Shown here piece after piece: positions 18,718 to 28,612 of a DNA stretch of 64,000 bases. Every line of letters begins with the position of its first letter. Position 1 is the first letter of the stretch. The stretch lies in NCBI GenBank assembly GCA_964514585.1, contig CAZETU010000002.1:32001-96000 (forward strand), read 5' to 3'. The DNA comes from Candidatus Woesearchaeota archaeon. Its GTDB lineage: Archaea; Nanobdellota; Nanobdellia; Pacearchaeales; GW2011-AR1. The notes beneath the pieces were generated by a model that saw nothing but the letters and a program-made list of their open reading frames with translations, was not told the DNA's origin and did not search any database. The translations under genes were made by a program, and so were the position numbers.

Positions 18718-19329
18718 TTAATATTCAAGATAGTCCATCACTTTTTTCTGGTCTGTTTTGCCCTTGGAGATTATGGTTGGGTTATCAGTTCTTAGTTTTA
18801 TGTCCCGGGCCAATGTCATTTTTACACGATGACCTGGTGCCGAGTCAAAAATTATTCCTTCACGAGTGGATTTTAAATCAATTTTATATGCCCCAGCATT
18901 TAAAATATATAATTCGTAATTTGCTATTTCTCTTCTTTTTGTGCCTACTTGTATTATATCATCTCCAGCATGTACTGATAGTTTATCATTGTGATGGTAT
19001 GCTATATGCATCCTCGGCCACCCTGTTGTAATTACTACGGTGTTTTTCCCATTTCCTCTAAAAAGGTCAACTTCAACGTCTCCTTTTATTCCAGAGCTAG
19101 AATTTCTTATCATTCTTGGAAGTCGACTTTCTGCTTTTTCAAATTGTCTTTCACTTCCAGCATGTATTGCTTCTTTTTGATATTTTGTACATGCTAGACA
19201 AGCTTCAATAAGATGTTGTCTTTCAAAAGGATAGGGTTCATTTCTTTCGACTATTTTGATTATTGGGTGATTTCCAATAGCACGATACAAGTCTTCAAGG
19301 GGTTCGAATATTCTTAGTGGATTAATCAT
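18718..19329 (-). CDS. Orphan accessory protein
   Basis: 203-aa ORF between the two KH 5' copies, with BRE/TATA upstream. Confidence 0.65.
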   Translation of the reverse strand: MINPLRIFEPLEDLYRAIGNHPIIKIVERNEPYPFERQHLIEACLACTKYQKEAIHAGSERQFEKAESRLPRMIRNSSSGIKGDVEVDLFRGNGKNTVVITTGWPRMHIAYHHNDKLSVHAGDDIIQVGTKRREIANYELYILNAGAYKIDLKSTREGIIFDSAPGHRVKMTLARDIKLRTDNPTIISKGKTDQKKVMDYLEY

Positions 19330-19435
19330 TAATTATTCTTGGGTAGTTTATTTATAAAGTTTTCTATTTGTTATTATTTAAAAGTTACAAAATGTTTTTA
19401 ATTAAAATTATAAACTTGTTTTGTTATATTTTATT

Positions 19436-19966
19436 ATGAGAAATGTATTAGTTCAAAATATTAGAAAGATTAAGAAGGCTGTGCCTGCGATTGAGAATAA
19501 GGTTAAGGTTAAGGTTGGTTTTTTGAAGGATGGGGTTAGTGTTAAGGGGAGTGAGTTGAATGAGTATTTGGTTGAGCAGGTTTTGCGGGCGGTTGATTTT
19601 GGGTTTTATGTTGATGATGCGTTGTTGTTGACGGATGATGGTTTTGTTTTGGAGTTTATTGAGGTTAAGGAGCATACTCATCGGAAGAATTTGAAGGATG
19701 TTCGGGCTAGACTTATTGGGACGAGTGGGAAGGCTAGGAAGACGATTGAGAATTTGACGGGGTCGGTGATCGTGATTCATGATAATACCGTGGGGGTTAT
19801 AGTTGACAGTATTCATTTGGACGCGGTTGTTCAGGCTATTGAGAGTTTGATTCAGGGGGCGAAGCATGGGAATGTTTTTGCTTATTTGGAGAAACAGAAT
19901 GTTTCTAGAAGGAAATTTGACGAGGATGATTTGGGTTTGAAAGAAGGGGTTGTGAAGAACAGTTAG
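19436..19966 (+). CDS. KH-domain RNA-binding protein (Dim2/Pno1-like)
   Basis: RAVDFGF; RARLIGTSGKARKTIENLTG; G.KHGNVFAYLEK. Confidence 0.85.
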   Translation: MRNVLVQNIRKIKKAVPAIENKVKVKVGFLKDGVSVKGSELNEYLVEQVLRAVDFGFYVDDALLLTDDGFVLEFIEVKEHTHRKNLKDVRARLIGTSGKARKTIENLTGSVIVIHDNTVGVIVDSIHLDAVVQAIESLIQGAKHGNVFAYLEKQNVSRRKFDEDDLGLKEGVVKNS

Positions 19967-20119
19967 GTAAAGCGTACGGTTGTTCCTTTGCTTCGGAGAA
20001 GCTCAGTCGAAATTTTTCAAATTTCTAAAAGTTCATAAGGAATTTTCAAATCATGTTGTCGAAGATTCTTAATGTTTTAATCGTTATCTTTAAATATGCC
20101 TATTTGAATAATTGAATAT

Positions 20120-20192
20120 GCTTCGGTAGCTCAGCAGGTAGAGCGCACGGCTGTTAACCGTGTTGTCGGAGGTTCGAGTCCTCCCCGAAGCG
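20120..20192 (+). tRNA. tRNA-Asn (GTT), CCA not encoded
   Basis: Acceptor GCTTCGG/CCGAAGC; anticodon arm CACGG-CTGTTAA-CCGTG; T arm GGAGG-TTCGAGT-CCTCC. Confidence 0.97.
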
Positions 20193-20437
20193 TTTTTGGT
20201 TAGTAGGTTATATTTATGTTTTTTGAGTTAATTGTTTTTGTATTTTTGAAAGTAATTTTTTTAGATTTTTCTTTTTTTCTAATATTTTTTAGGATTTTTG
20301 CTTAAAATGATGTTGTTATTGTTAAATTAAACGTTAGATTTATAAATAAACCAATAAATTATTATAGTATAAGTGTTTGTAATTAGAAACATTTAAGAAC
20401 AAGAATTTGAGATAATTGAATTTTTTGAATTGAGAAA

Positions 20438-21373
20438 ATGGGAAGCAAAAAAAATAAAATCGAATTTAGGATAGATTCCGAAGATCCTTGTATTGTAAGC
20501 ATATTGACCTTTGATAGATTGGAACTTACAAAAAAGGCGGTTGACTCTGTTTTGAAAAATAGCGTGGAGAATATTAGAATTGTTTTTCTTGACAATGGAT
20601 CTATAGATGGAACGATTGATTATTTGGATGAGTTAAAACTTAACTATCCTCAATGTGTCTATGTTTTAAAGAGTAATAAAAATTTGGGTGTTGCGGGAGG
20701 AAGAAATAAAATTTTCGAGTATGTGGTTTCTAATTATGGAGATAGATTTAAGTGGGTTTTAAATCTTGATAATGATTGTATTGTTCATCCTGGTTATGAT
20801 GAGGCTTTGACAAATTGTATTAATGAGACGGGGGCTTGGGCAGTTTGTCCTCGGTTAATTCAACCAAATGGTAATATTTTTCATGATGCTCGTAGTGGCT
20901 TTTTGATTAACTTGAATGAAATGAAGTTGAAATTAGAGTCAGGTGAAAGTATAGGTATAGCTCATGATAATCCTCAGTTTTCTAAAAGAATTGAAACGGA
21001 TGTTCTTTTAGGAACGAGTGCTAAGACTCCTTTGTTTTTGAAGAAGGTTGGTTTTTATGATGAGGGTCATAAGATTGGTTGGGAGGATTTTAGTATTGCC
21101 CTGAAGGCTTTCGGGTTGAATGAAAATAGTTTTTCTGAATGGAAGAATCAAAATAGACATAAGGGAAAAGATTGGGCGCCCCTGAGAGAATTGGCAAATG
21201 GAGATAGGAATCGCGATGTGATAGTAATATACGAGCCTGGTTGTATAATTACTCATGATCATCCAATTACGAAGAAAGATAGTGAATATGAAAAAGTGAG
21301 GTGGGATTCTAAAGTGATAAACGAAAGCACAAAACATTTTGAGAAGGTTTGGGGAGTTCAGCCTATACTTTAG
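20438..21373 (+). CDS. Glycosyltransferase family 2
   Basis: ILTFDR, FLDNGSIDGT, NLGVAGGRN, LNLDND, ED motif. Confidence 0.85.
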   Translation: MGSKKNKIEFRIDSEDPCIVSILTFDRLELTKKAVDSVLKNSVENIRIVFLDNGSIDGTIDYLDELKLNYPQCVYVLKSNKNLGVAGGRNKIFEYVVSNYGDRFKWVLNLDNDCIVHPGYDEALTNCINETGAWAVCPRLIQPNGNIFHDARSGFLINLNEMKLKLESGESIGIAHDNPQFSKRIETDVLLGTSAKTPLFLKKVGFYDEGHKIGWEDFSIALKAFGLNENSFSEWKNQNRHKGKDWAPLRELANGDRNRDVIVIYEPGCIITHDHPITKKDSEYEKVRWDSKVINESTKHFEKVWGVQPIL

Positions 21374-21389
21374 TCTGAGATTGTTATAA

Positions 21390-22361
21390 ATGGATCGAAA
21401 ATTCGACGATGGCTTGAGGGTTCTTGCTTATGGAGATGTTTCTAAGTTGGAAGCTACTATGAATGGTCATTTTTTTAATCAGTTGAGGCTTGCTGCCGAT
21501 GAAATGACTGGGATTCCGAGCACTATGGATGAGTTGAATAAACATGTTTGCGATGGAAATTTTACTCATGTATTGGTTCCTGACGAATGGTTTTATAAAT
21601 TAGATGGGACATTGGAGGGATGTGATGTTCCTGTTGTGGAATTTTTGGGGGACCATTGGATTCCTTGGGCTGTGAATAAGAAAAAAAAATATATGAGAGA
21701 TAATGATATTCAGCATGCTATAGTTCTTTCTAACAGATTTCAAAAACCTTATAATGGAATGACTAATATGCATTGTGTTTCATATGGGTATGATTCCTCG
21801 GTTTTTTGTGATGCCGGAAAAGAAAGAGATATAGATGTTTTAATTCATGGTTCTTTGGGGGGAGATACTCATAAAGGGGTTTATCCAGTTAGGAATTGGT
21901 TGGCGGAGGTTTTGCCAGAAATTGGTGAGCGAGAAGGTATTAGGGTTGAGAGATGGAGTCATCCTGGCTACTGGCCAAAAGGAGAAAGTCCAAAAGGTGG
22001 TTTTACTGGGCTGTATGCTGAGGTGTTAAATCGATCTAAAATAGCTATTGGTGGGTCTAGTCACTGGAGACTTCCATTGAAAAAATTTTATGAGGTTCCT
22101 GCTTGTGGTGCAATTTTGTTAAGTGATTTACCTTTGGAAGGGGGGGCTTTTTTTGATGGGAGAATAATTGAAGTTAATCCTGATAGAATTAGAACGCCTA
22201 GTTATGAGGATAAGATTAGAGAGAGGATTGTTGGTGTTCTAGCTAATTACGAGGCAGCAAAAGAGAGGCTTCAGCCCTTTAGATCTGACCAGGATCGTTT
22301 TGATAAGAGTTATGAGGGAAGGGCATTGGAGATAAGAGCAGTTCTTTCTGGGATTGAATAA
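21390..22361 (+). CDS. GT-B glycosyltransferase-like protein (CgeB/GT1-like)
   Basis: YGYDSSVF...RDIDVLIHGS; YAEVLNRSKIAI; KFYEVPACGAILLSD. Confidence 0.7.
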   Translation: MDRKFDDGLRVLAYGDVSKLEATMNGHFFNQLRLAADEMTGIPSTMDELNKHVCDGNFTHVLVPDEWFYKLDGTLEGCDVPVVEFLGDHWIPWAVNKKKKYMRDNDIQHAIVLSNRFQKPYNGMTNMHCVSYGYDSSVFCDAGKERDIDVLIHGSLGGDTHKGVYPVRNWLAEVLPEIGEREGIRVERWSHPGYWPKGESPKGGFTGLYAEVLNRSKIAIGGSSHWRLPLKKFYEVPACGAILLSDLPLEGGAFFDGRIIEVNPDRIRTPSYEDKIRERIVGVLANYEAAKERLQPFRSDQDRFDKSYEGRALEIRAVLSGIE

Positions 22362-22410
22362 ACAAAAGTAATCCCAATAATCTTAAATAGTTATTTCTCT
22401 ATTTTATTTT

Positions 22411-22977
22411 ATGAAGTTGAGGGATGCGATTGAGTCGAGGGCGAGTGTGCGGAAGTTTCATCATAAGAAACCTGATTGGCGGAAAGTGATTCGGGCTATT
22501 GATGCGGCGCGGTTTGCTCCTAGTGCTGGGAATCAATTTGTGATGCGTTTTATTATGGTTAGTGATGAGAAAAAAATTAAAGAGATTGCGGAGGCGACTC
22601 AGCAACCTTTTGTCGGGACTGCACAGTTTATTGTCGTTGCTGTTTCAGACGATTCTAAATTAGTTAGAAGCTATGGGGATGCTGGTGTTAGGTATGCTGC
22701 GCAACAGGCTGGTGCGGCGATTCAGAATTTTTTGTTGGCTCTGGTTGATGAGAAGCTTGTGACGACATGGATTGGGCATTTTTATGAAGAGCAGGTTCAG
22801 AGAACTTTGGATATTCCTGAGAATTTAAAGATTGAGGCGGTTTTTCCGATTGGACGTGAGACTAAAATTGCGACACATGAGAAGATGAAGATGAAATTGG
22901 AGCAAGTTCTTTATTTTGATAAGTGGGGCAATAAGTTGATGACGCCTAGGAAGAAAATTTCTCGTGAAGTGATTTAG
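22411..22977 (+). CDS. Nitroreductase family protein
   Basis: IESRASVRKF, AARFAPSAGN, A.IQNFLLA..L.TTWIG. Confidence 0.9.
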   Translation: MKLRDAIESRASVRKFHHKKPDWRKVIRAIDAARFAPSAGNQFVMRFIMVSDEKKIKEIAEATQQPFVGTAQFIVVAVSDDSKLVRSYGDAGVRYAAQQAGAAIQNFLLALVDEKLVTTWIGHFYEEQVQRTLDIPENLKIEAVFPIGRETKIATHEKMKMKLEQVLYFDKWGNKLMTPRKKISREVI

Positions 22978-23016
22978 TATACAAATTTTTTTAAGTTAAG
23001 TTTTTGTTGGGATTTT

Positions 23017-23283
23017 ATGGGAGAAAAGGAATATGTTAGTGGTAGGGGGGTCCATTATGTGGTTGATATAGAGAGATGTAATGGTTGTGGTCTTTGTGTG
23101 GCTTATTGCCCAAGGACTAATACAGATGAGAAGGCGATCGTGATGACGAAAATACCTAATACAAATAGAAGAGGGTATATTCATATTGATGTAAAAGATA
23201 TAGAGAGATGTAGTGCTTGTGGGATTTGTGCTTTGTTTTGTGGGGATGGTGCAATTAGGGAAATAACTCTTGATGAGGATTAA
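23017..23283 (+). CDS. 2x[4Fe-4S] ferredoxin
   Basis: CNGCGLCVAYCP and CSACGICALFC motifs. Confidence 0.85.
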   Translation: MGEKEYVSGRGVHYVVDIERCNGCGLCVAYCPRTNTDEKAIVMTKIPNTNRRGYIHIDVKDIERCSACGICALFCGDGAIREITLDED

Positions 23284-23289
23284 TTTAAT

Positions 23290-23634
23290 TTAATCGGCTT
23301 TAGAATCTTTTTCTATTCCTCCCATTTTTTCTATTCCTTCACCTGTTTTTGTTGCAAATGTTTCTAAGCCTTTTTCTATTGGATATATCGCAGCCCTTCC
23401 TATGATTATGGCTGTTCCTACAAGGGCATAGCTTGCCATTTCTCTGAATGTTGTTCTATCTGGAGCTCTGAGATTATCACATGTTCTTAAATATGCTCTC
23501 TTTGCCAGCTTCGTCAAACCACATCCCATTAAGTAGAACTCAGATGCTATATCAAGAAAATCTGGGATAAGCCCTTTGCTTGGTTCAAACTCCTCATCAA
23601 ATTCTTGGGGGCATCTTTTGTAAGGGGTGTCCAT
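23290..23634 (-). CDS. Hypothetical protein
   Basis: 114-aa ORF downstream of ftsZ; no motif recognised. Confidence 0.5.
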   Translation of the reverse strand: MDTPYKRCPQEFDEEFEPSKGLIPDFLDIASEFYLMGCGLTKLAKRAYLRTCDNLRAPDRTTFREMASYALVGTAIIIGRAAIYPIEKGLETFATKTGEGIEKMGGIEKDSKAD

Positions 23635-23683
23635 GTTTTATTTTACTAGAATTAGTATAAAAAGATTGTTGTGATAAATTTGA

Positions 23684-23703
23684 CTCTGCCCCGAAGGGCA
23701 GAG
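23684..23703 (-). terminator. GC hairpin with c(UUCG)g loop downstream of ftsZ
   Basis: Minus strand CTCTGCCC-TTCG-GGGCAGAG, preceded by a T-tract. Confidence 0.55.
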
Positions 23704-23732
23704 CGAATTGAATAAAAAAATAAATCGTTGGT

Positions 23733-24815
23733 TTAGCTTAAGTCGTCTAGGCCGAGTTCATTAGTCGAAATAGTGTCTTCTTTATCGAATCTACTATTTG
23801 AGTTTTTTCCTAAGATGTATGGTGATTTAACGCCTGTCATAATTGTAATAACTCTGACACGTCCTTGGAATTCTTTGTTAACTCGTGCTCCGATGATAAC
23901 TTGAGCTTCTGGGCTTAAGTTTTCGGTTACGAGTCGTCCGATGGAATCGAACTCTTCAAGCTTTAAATCTGGGCCGCATGTGATGTGAACTAGTGCACCT
24001 GTTGCACCTCTGTAATCTACGTCTAGTAATGGATGTGTTAGTGCTTGTTGCACTGCTGCGTCTACTCTAGCGTTAGAATTGTCCTCACCAATACCAATAA
24101 CCGCGACGTCACCGTTCTTCATGATCGAAGAAACGTCTGCATAGTCTAGGTTGATTAGGGAAGGTAGTGTAATTGTTTCTACGATTCCTTTAATCATTGT
24201 GGATACAAGTTCATTTGCTACTGCGAATGCTTGTTCCATTGGTAGTTGGCCTGCGATGTCAACTAATCGGTTGTTGTCTAGCACGATTACCGTGTCGACA
24301 GTTTCCCGAAGTTCTTGAAGACCGAACTCTGCCTTATCGATTCTTGCTTTTTCTGCCTCAAAGGGCATTGTAACTACCGCGATTACTACCGCGCCTGCTT
24401 CCTTAGCTAATTGAGCAACTACTGGTATTGATCCGGTTCCGGATCCTCCTCCCATTCCCGCTAGAACGAAAACCATATCTGAATTCGAAACAGCCTTCTT
24501 CAAGTCAGTAAGGGATTCCTTAGCAGCCTCTCGTCCTTTCTTAGGGTAACCACCGCATCCAAGACCTCTTGTTAATTCCTTACCGATAAGGATTTTTTCG
24601 TCAGTCTTTGTAATGGATAAGTGTAGTGCGTCGGTGTTGATACCGTAAATTGTCGCACCGTTGATACCTTTGTTGAAAAGCCAGGTAGCCATGTTACATC
24701 CGCATCCGCCACAGCCGAAAACTTTAATGTTAGCTTTTCCAGCTCTTAAGTCATCAAAATTAATACTGTTTGCTTCTGCAGTTTCTATTGCTTCTTTTGC
24801 AAAATCTAATGGCAT
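23733..24815 (-). CDS. ftsZ: Cell division protein FtsZ (FtsZ2-like)
   Basis: KVFGCGGCGCN, NTD, GMGGGSGTG, LINLDYADV. Confidence 0.95.
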   Translation of the reverse strand: MPLDFAKEAIETAEANSINFDDLRAGKANIKVFGCGGCGCNMATWLFNKGINGATIYGINTDALHLSITKTDEKILIGKELTRGLGCGGYPKKGREAAKESLTDLKKAVSNSDMVFVLAGMGGGSGTGSIPVVAQLAKEAGAVVIAVVTMPFEAEKARIDKAEFGLQELRETVDTVIVLDNNRLVDIAGQLPMEQAFAVANELVSTMIKGIVETITLPSLINLDYADVSSIMKNGDVAVIGIGEDNSNARVDAAVQQALTHPLLDVDYRGATGALVHITCGPDLKLEEFDSIGRLVTENLSPEAQVIIGARVNKEFQGRVRVITIMTGVKSPYILGKNSNSRFDKEDTISTNELGLDDLS

Positions 24816-24919
24816 TTTCTTTTTTTGTCAAACCTCCTTTCAAGTTTCATGGTAAAATGAAGAGTGTTTTTGTTTAAAAGAATATGTATAGTTGGAAGAA
24901 TGCGATGGTGTTGGAATGT

Positions 24920-26140
24920 TTAGGCTGCCGCTCTAATTTGATTGCCAGGTTCTTCTAGTTTGTTTAATACGTATTCTAAATTAGTTATATAGTATCCACC
25001 TTTGTCATCTGCTACGCCCATGATTATCATTAGTTCTCTTTCTAAACCTTTTTCGGGTCTTCTTTTTGCATTTTCTGGAAGGACTAAATCGTTTCCGAAG
25101 CAAATTGATTTTTTCCATTTTTTCCCCGAGGGGTCAGTCTCGATTAATACATCGTTTTCGAAGGGTTCTAGGAATGGATATTTCATACAGCTTGCCATGT
25201 TTCCAGTTCTTGGGTCGTATTCTGCAACGGTTGTTCTGTAAACTAACTCATTTACGTCTGTATTTTTTGTATCTTCAACACCATGAATAACGTTAATCCA
25301 TCTTTGTCTTCCTTTTCTATCAATAACCATTTTTGGGGCAGCTCCTTGTCCTATTCTGTAGTTTGCCCATTCGTCGAGATCTGAGGGGTTAAGGACTGTG
25401 TGTTTATCTATCTGCGGGAACCATTCTCTCCAAGTTTGTGGTTTTTGGAGATCTGATATCTTCCCTACTGAAATTCTTTGGATGCTGTTTCCAAGTCTTA
25501 GGTATTCTAGTGGAGTTGCCATTTGAATCATGTGAACTATTGAGGTGTCTTTGTTATATGGGAATATTGTACCTGTTTCTCCAATGTCGTTTCTTCTTCT
25601 TTTTGTATCCTCAAATTCTTTTTCTAAAACTTCTACATAGGGAGAACCTTTTGGAACTAATCTTATTGCTTCTTCTAGGGGGATATTTGGTCCGGTTGTT
25701 CCTACTCTTTCCCATTTGCCATTTTTATTTAATCTTATTCCGAAGGAGACTGCGTTGAATCCATTATAACCTATACATGAAATATATGGATCCTCTTCAA
25801 TTATTGATATTCTTGGGTCTTCTCTTGCTATTCTATCATATTCTTTTCTGTCATCCCTGGGTAAAACTCTGTGTCCATTGACTTCTATATCTGAACTTTC
25901 TTGCCCTTCTCTTATTTCTCTTACTCTGTAGGCTAAGAGTGGGGCATTTTCATGTTCAGCATAGGTCATATTCAGAACTCCTATTTCTTTTCCGTTTCCG
26001 TTTGGTTGTAGAAAAATTGCCCTTTTGTCTGTTGTATGTCTTCCGTTTGGCGAGAAGTATATTCTTGGGTCGTATACTCTTGTGACTAAACTAGAAATTC
26101 TTGATCGACTATCGGGTGGTTCATCACCTTCGTCTTCCAT
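24920..26140 (-). CDS. GH130-like (five-bladed beta-propeller) glycosidase/phosphorylase
   Basis: EDPRI, YNKD, IGQGAAP, W..VIHGV, FLEP, ICFGND, IIMGVAD resemble GH130/DUF377 motifs. Confidence 0.6.
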   Translation of the reverse strand: MEDEGDEPPDSRSRISSLVTRVYDPRIYFSPNGRHTTDKRAIFLQPNGNGKEIGVLNMTYAEHENAPLLAYRVREIREGQESSDIEVNGHRVLPRDDRKEYDRIAREDPRISIIEEDPYISCIGYNGFNAVSFGIRLNKNGKWERVGTTGPNIPLEEAIRLVPKGSPYVEVLEKEFEDTKRRRNDIGETGTIFPYNKDTSIVHMIQMATPLEYLRLGNSIQRISVGKISDLQKPQTWREWFPQIDKHTVLNPSDLDEWANYRIGQGAAPKMVIDRKGRQRWINVIHGVEDTKNTDVNELVYRTTVAEYDPRTGNMASCMKYPFLEPFENDVLIETDPSGKKWKKSICFGNDLVLPENAKRRPEKGLERELMIIMGVADDKGGYYITNLEYVLNKLEEPGNQIRAAA

Positions 26141-26204
26141 GAGTTTAGGTTGGTGTGTTTTGTCTTATAAGTGTTGTCGTCGTAGAATTATTAGGGCAAG
26201 ATTT

Positions 26205-27206
26205 TTAAAGGGAGTTTCGGACGTTTTCTTTGAATTTTTCTATGTCTTTTGCTAGAATCATTGCGCCTGCTGCGTTTGTGTGACCACCCGCATTTCCTTC
26301 TTCTAGTTCTTTTACTCCGGCTTTTAGGGTGTCTGCCATGTTTATTTTTCCACCCGAACATCTTCCTGAGAATGAAATATACTTGCCTTTATTTTTAGGT
26401 GAAGCGAAGATATATGCTCCTTTATCTTTTTGGCTTATTATTCCTGATACTGGAACTTTGACTGAAAAGCTTGGTTCGAAATAGTAGTAATTTATGTCGC
26501 CTAGTTTTTCCTTTTTTGTTTCGTATTCTTCTACGAATTTTTGAACTTCGTCTTCGACTGGTTCTGAGTATTGTTTTAGTTTTTTTATTTCTTCGATTGA
26601 ATGTATTTGTTGGAGGATTTCGAAAGCTTTGTTTAGGTCTTTGTCGAAGTAGACTATGAAGTTGGTTATTATGCTTGTTGCGTTTTGTTTGAATTCGTCT
26701 AGGGTCATGTCGATTTGTTTTAGGTGGGCGTCGATGAAGTCTTGGTTTTCTGGGTAGAGGTGGCCTGCGTCTGTTATTGTTCCTATTAGGGCGAGCCATG
26801 GTTTTAGACTTGTAAGCTCTCCTGCGGTTCGACTTGATGGGAGGTAGCCTTGGTCTACTGTGATTAGTTCTAGAATTTCTTCTGGTATTGGGGTATCTCT
26901 TGGGTGATGGTCGGCGTAGAGAACTTGTTTGTCTCTTATTAGTTCTAGGTCTTCTGCAATTAGTCCTGGGGCGATGTCTGTTATTATTATTTTGTTGAAT
27001 TTTTCTAGGGAGTAGTCTTTTAGGGATGATTTTCGGATTGAATATGTGAATTGTTCTACTATTGCTTTTTTATCTTTACACCAGTCGTAGTATATGATCC
27101 CTGCGCAAAATCCGTCTCCGTCATCGTGGTGGATGATTGCGACTTTGTCTTCGCTAGTTATATTGTCTAGGAATTCTTTTGTTTCTTGAAATGTTATTTG
27201 TGGCAT
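26205..27206 (-). CDS. DHH/DHHA1 family phosphoesterase
   Basis: HHDDGDG, TDIAP, DHH, GTITD, GGHTNAAG. Confidence 0.85.
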   Translation of the reverse strand: MPQITFQETKEFLDNITSEDKVAIIHHDDGDGFCAGIIYYDWCKDKKAIVEQFTYSIRKSSLKDYSLEKFNKIIITDIAPGLIAEDLELIRDKQVLYADHHPRDTPIPEEILELITVDQGYLPSSRTAGELTSLKPWLALIGTITDAGHLYPENQDFIDAHLKQIDMTLDEFKQNATSIITNFIVYFDKDLNKAFEILQQIHSIEEIKKLKQYSEPVEDEVQKFVEEYETKKEKLGDINYYYFEPSFSVKVPVSGIISQKDKGAYIFASPKNKGKYISFSGRCSGGKINMADTLKAGVKELEEGNAGGHTNAAGAMILAKDIEKFKENVRNSL

Positions 27207-27256
27207 GATAGATAAAATTTAGGTGGCTTTTTATAGTATTTGTTATTTGTTAATTA

Positions 27257-27871
27257 ATGAGGTTGAAGAGTTTTGAGAGGGTGTTAAGGTTAATTTTGGC
27301 TTTGTTCTTTTTGTTGTCTGGGATTTTGGCTTTTGTTCTTGGGAATTGGTTTACGTTGTTTGTTTCGGCGATTTCGTTGTCTTTGGTGGTTTTTTCTGTG
27401 AAGTTTTCTGATAGGAAGGGGATTGAATTTTCTTCTCTTATTTCTTTGGTGTTTTTATTTTTTATTTTTGCGAGTCTTTTTTTGGGGGAGATAAGGTTTT
27501 TTTATCAGAGGTTTTGGTGGTGGGATTTGATGTTGCATACGGTTGCTGGGTTTAATATGGGGTTGATTGGGTTTTCTTTGTCGTATTATATGAATAGGGG
27601 CAGTAAACATATGGAGCTTAGTCCTTATTTTATTGCACTTTTCGGGTTTTGTTTTGCGATGACGCTTGGAGTTTTCTGGGAATTTTTTGAGTTTTCGATG
27701 GATTATTTTTTCGGGACTAGTATGTTGAAATCGGGGTTGGTTGATACGATAACGGATTTGATTGTGACTTCGGTTGGGGCTTTTGTCGTTTCTACTTTGG
27801 GGTTTTTGGGGTTGAAGCATTATTATGAGAGGGCTGCTGGTTTTTTTAATAATTTAATTTTTAGAATTTGA
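27257..27871 (+). CDS. Integral membrane protein, DUF2238/YjdF-like
   Basis: WWDLMLH, GVFWEFFEF, DTITDL. Confidence 0.7.
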   Translation: MRLKSFERVLRLILALFFLLSGILAFVLGNWFTLFVSAISLSLVVFSVKFSDRKGIEFSSLISLVFLFFIFASLFLGEIRFFYQRFWWWDLMLHTVAGFNMGLIGFSLSYYMNRGSKHMELSPYFIALFGFCFAMTLGVFWEFFEFSMDYFFGTSMLKSGLVDTITDLIVTSVGAFVVSTLGFLGLKHYYERAAGFFNNLIFRI

Positions 27872-27946
27872 GGTTGGGGTTGTGAGTAATTGATTAGGGA
27901 GAGGAGTCGTGAGTAATTTTATAAAGAATGTTGGTATGTTATATTT

Positions 27947-28612
27947 ATGGTTGGGAAGAAGATGGTGATTGTTGTTGGCATTGCTGTATTTTTATTCTTG
28001 GTTTTATTCTTGGTTGATTTTGAGGTGGTTGAAAAAGGGGATGGTTCTCCTACCGTTGAGGAATTGGAAGTTAGTTTGCCTAGAGGGGCAGATTATAGTT
28101 ATGAGGTTGAATTTAATGAAATGGAAAAAATTACTGTGGAATGTGAAAAGTGTGATAAGAAGAATGAGTGTTTTTTTATTTGTGCAAATGAATGTTATGA
28201 TAAAAACATGTTTTTATCTGGAGTCTTGCCATTACTTGTTCCTGAGCTAGACAATGAAGGAGAGTGTCCGTGTTTATGTAGACCTCTTGTGCATATTAAT
28301 GAATTAAGATTTGTTAAAGCTATTGGGAATAAAGATGTAACAGAGTGTGAAAAAATAGATATTGAGATAGCTGATTTGGGAAAAGATAATTGTTATTTAA
28401 GCTTTGCAAATACTTTTCTAAATGAATCGATATGTAGTAAAATTACAAATGCTTCTTTAGTGAATGCATGTTATGTCTATCTTTCTGTTTTGAAAAAAGA
28501 TGTAGGTCTTTGTGAAAATATTATTGAAGATGGGACTTTAAGATGGAATCAAACTAGTTGCGAAGATGTCTTAAAAAGTGGCAGAGAGTTTAGTTTCGCC
28601 ATTCCAAAGTAG
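27947..28612 (+). CDS. Membrane-anchored Cys-rich surface protein
   Basis: N-terminal TM; repeated C..I....K..CY...A modules. Confidence 0.65.
   Translation: MVGKKMVIVVGIAVFLFLVLFLVDFEVVEKGDGSPTVEELEVSLPRGADYSYEVEFNEMEKITVECEKCDKKNECFFICANECYDKNMFLSGVLPLLVPELDNEGECPCLCRPLVHINELRFVKAIGNKDVTECEKIDIEIADLGKDNCYLSFANTFLNESICSKITNASLVNACYVYLSVLKKDVGLCENIIEDGTLRWNQTSCEDVLKSGREFSFAIPK

Noticed and set aside
13436-19540. Duplicated fragments as DGR template/variable repeats
   Set aside because: Differences are not adenine-specific and no reverse transcriptase is present in the window.
20100-22400. Integrative element at tRNA-Asn
   Set aside because: No integrase and no duplicated tRNA 3' end (attR) found in the window.
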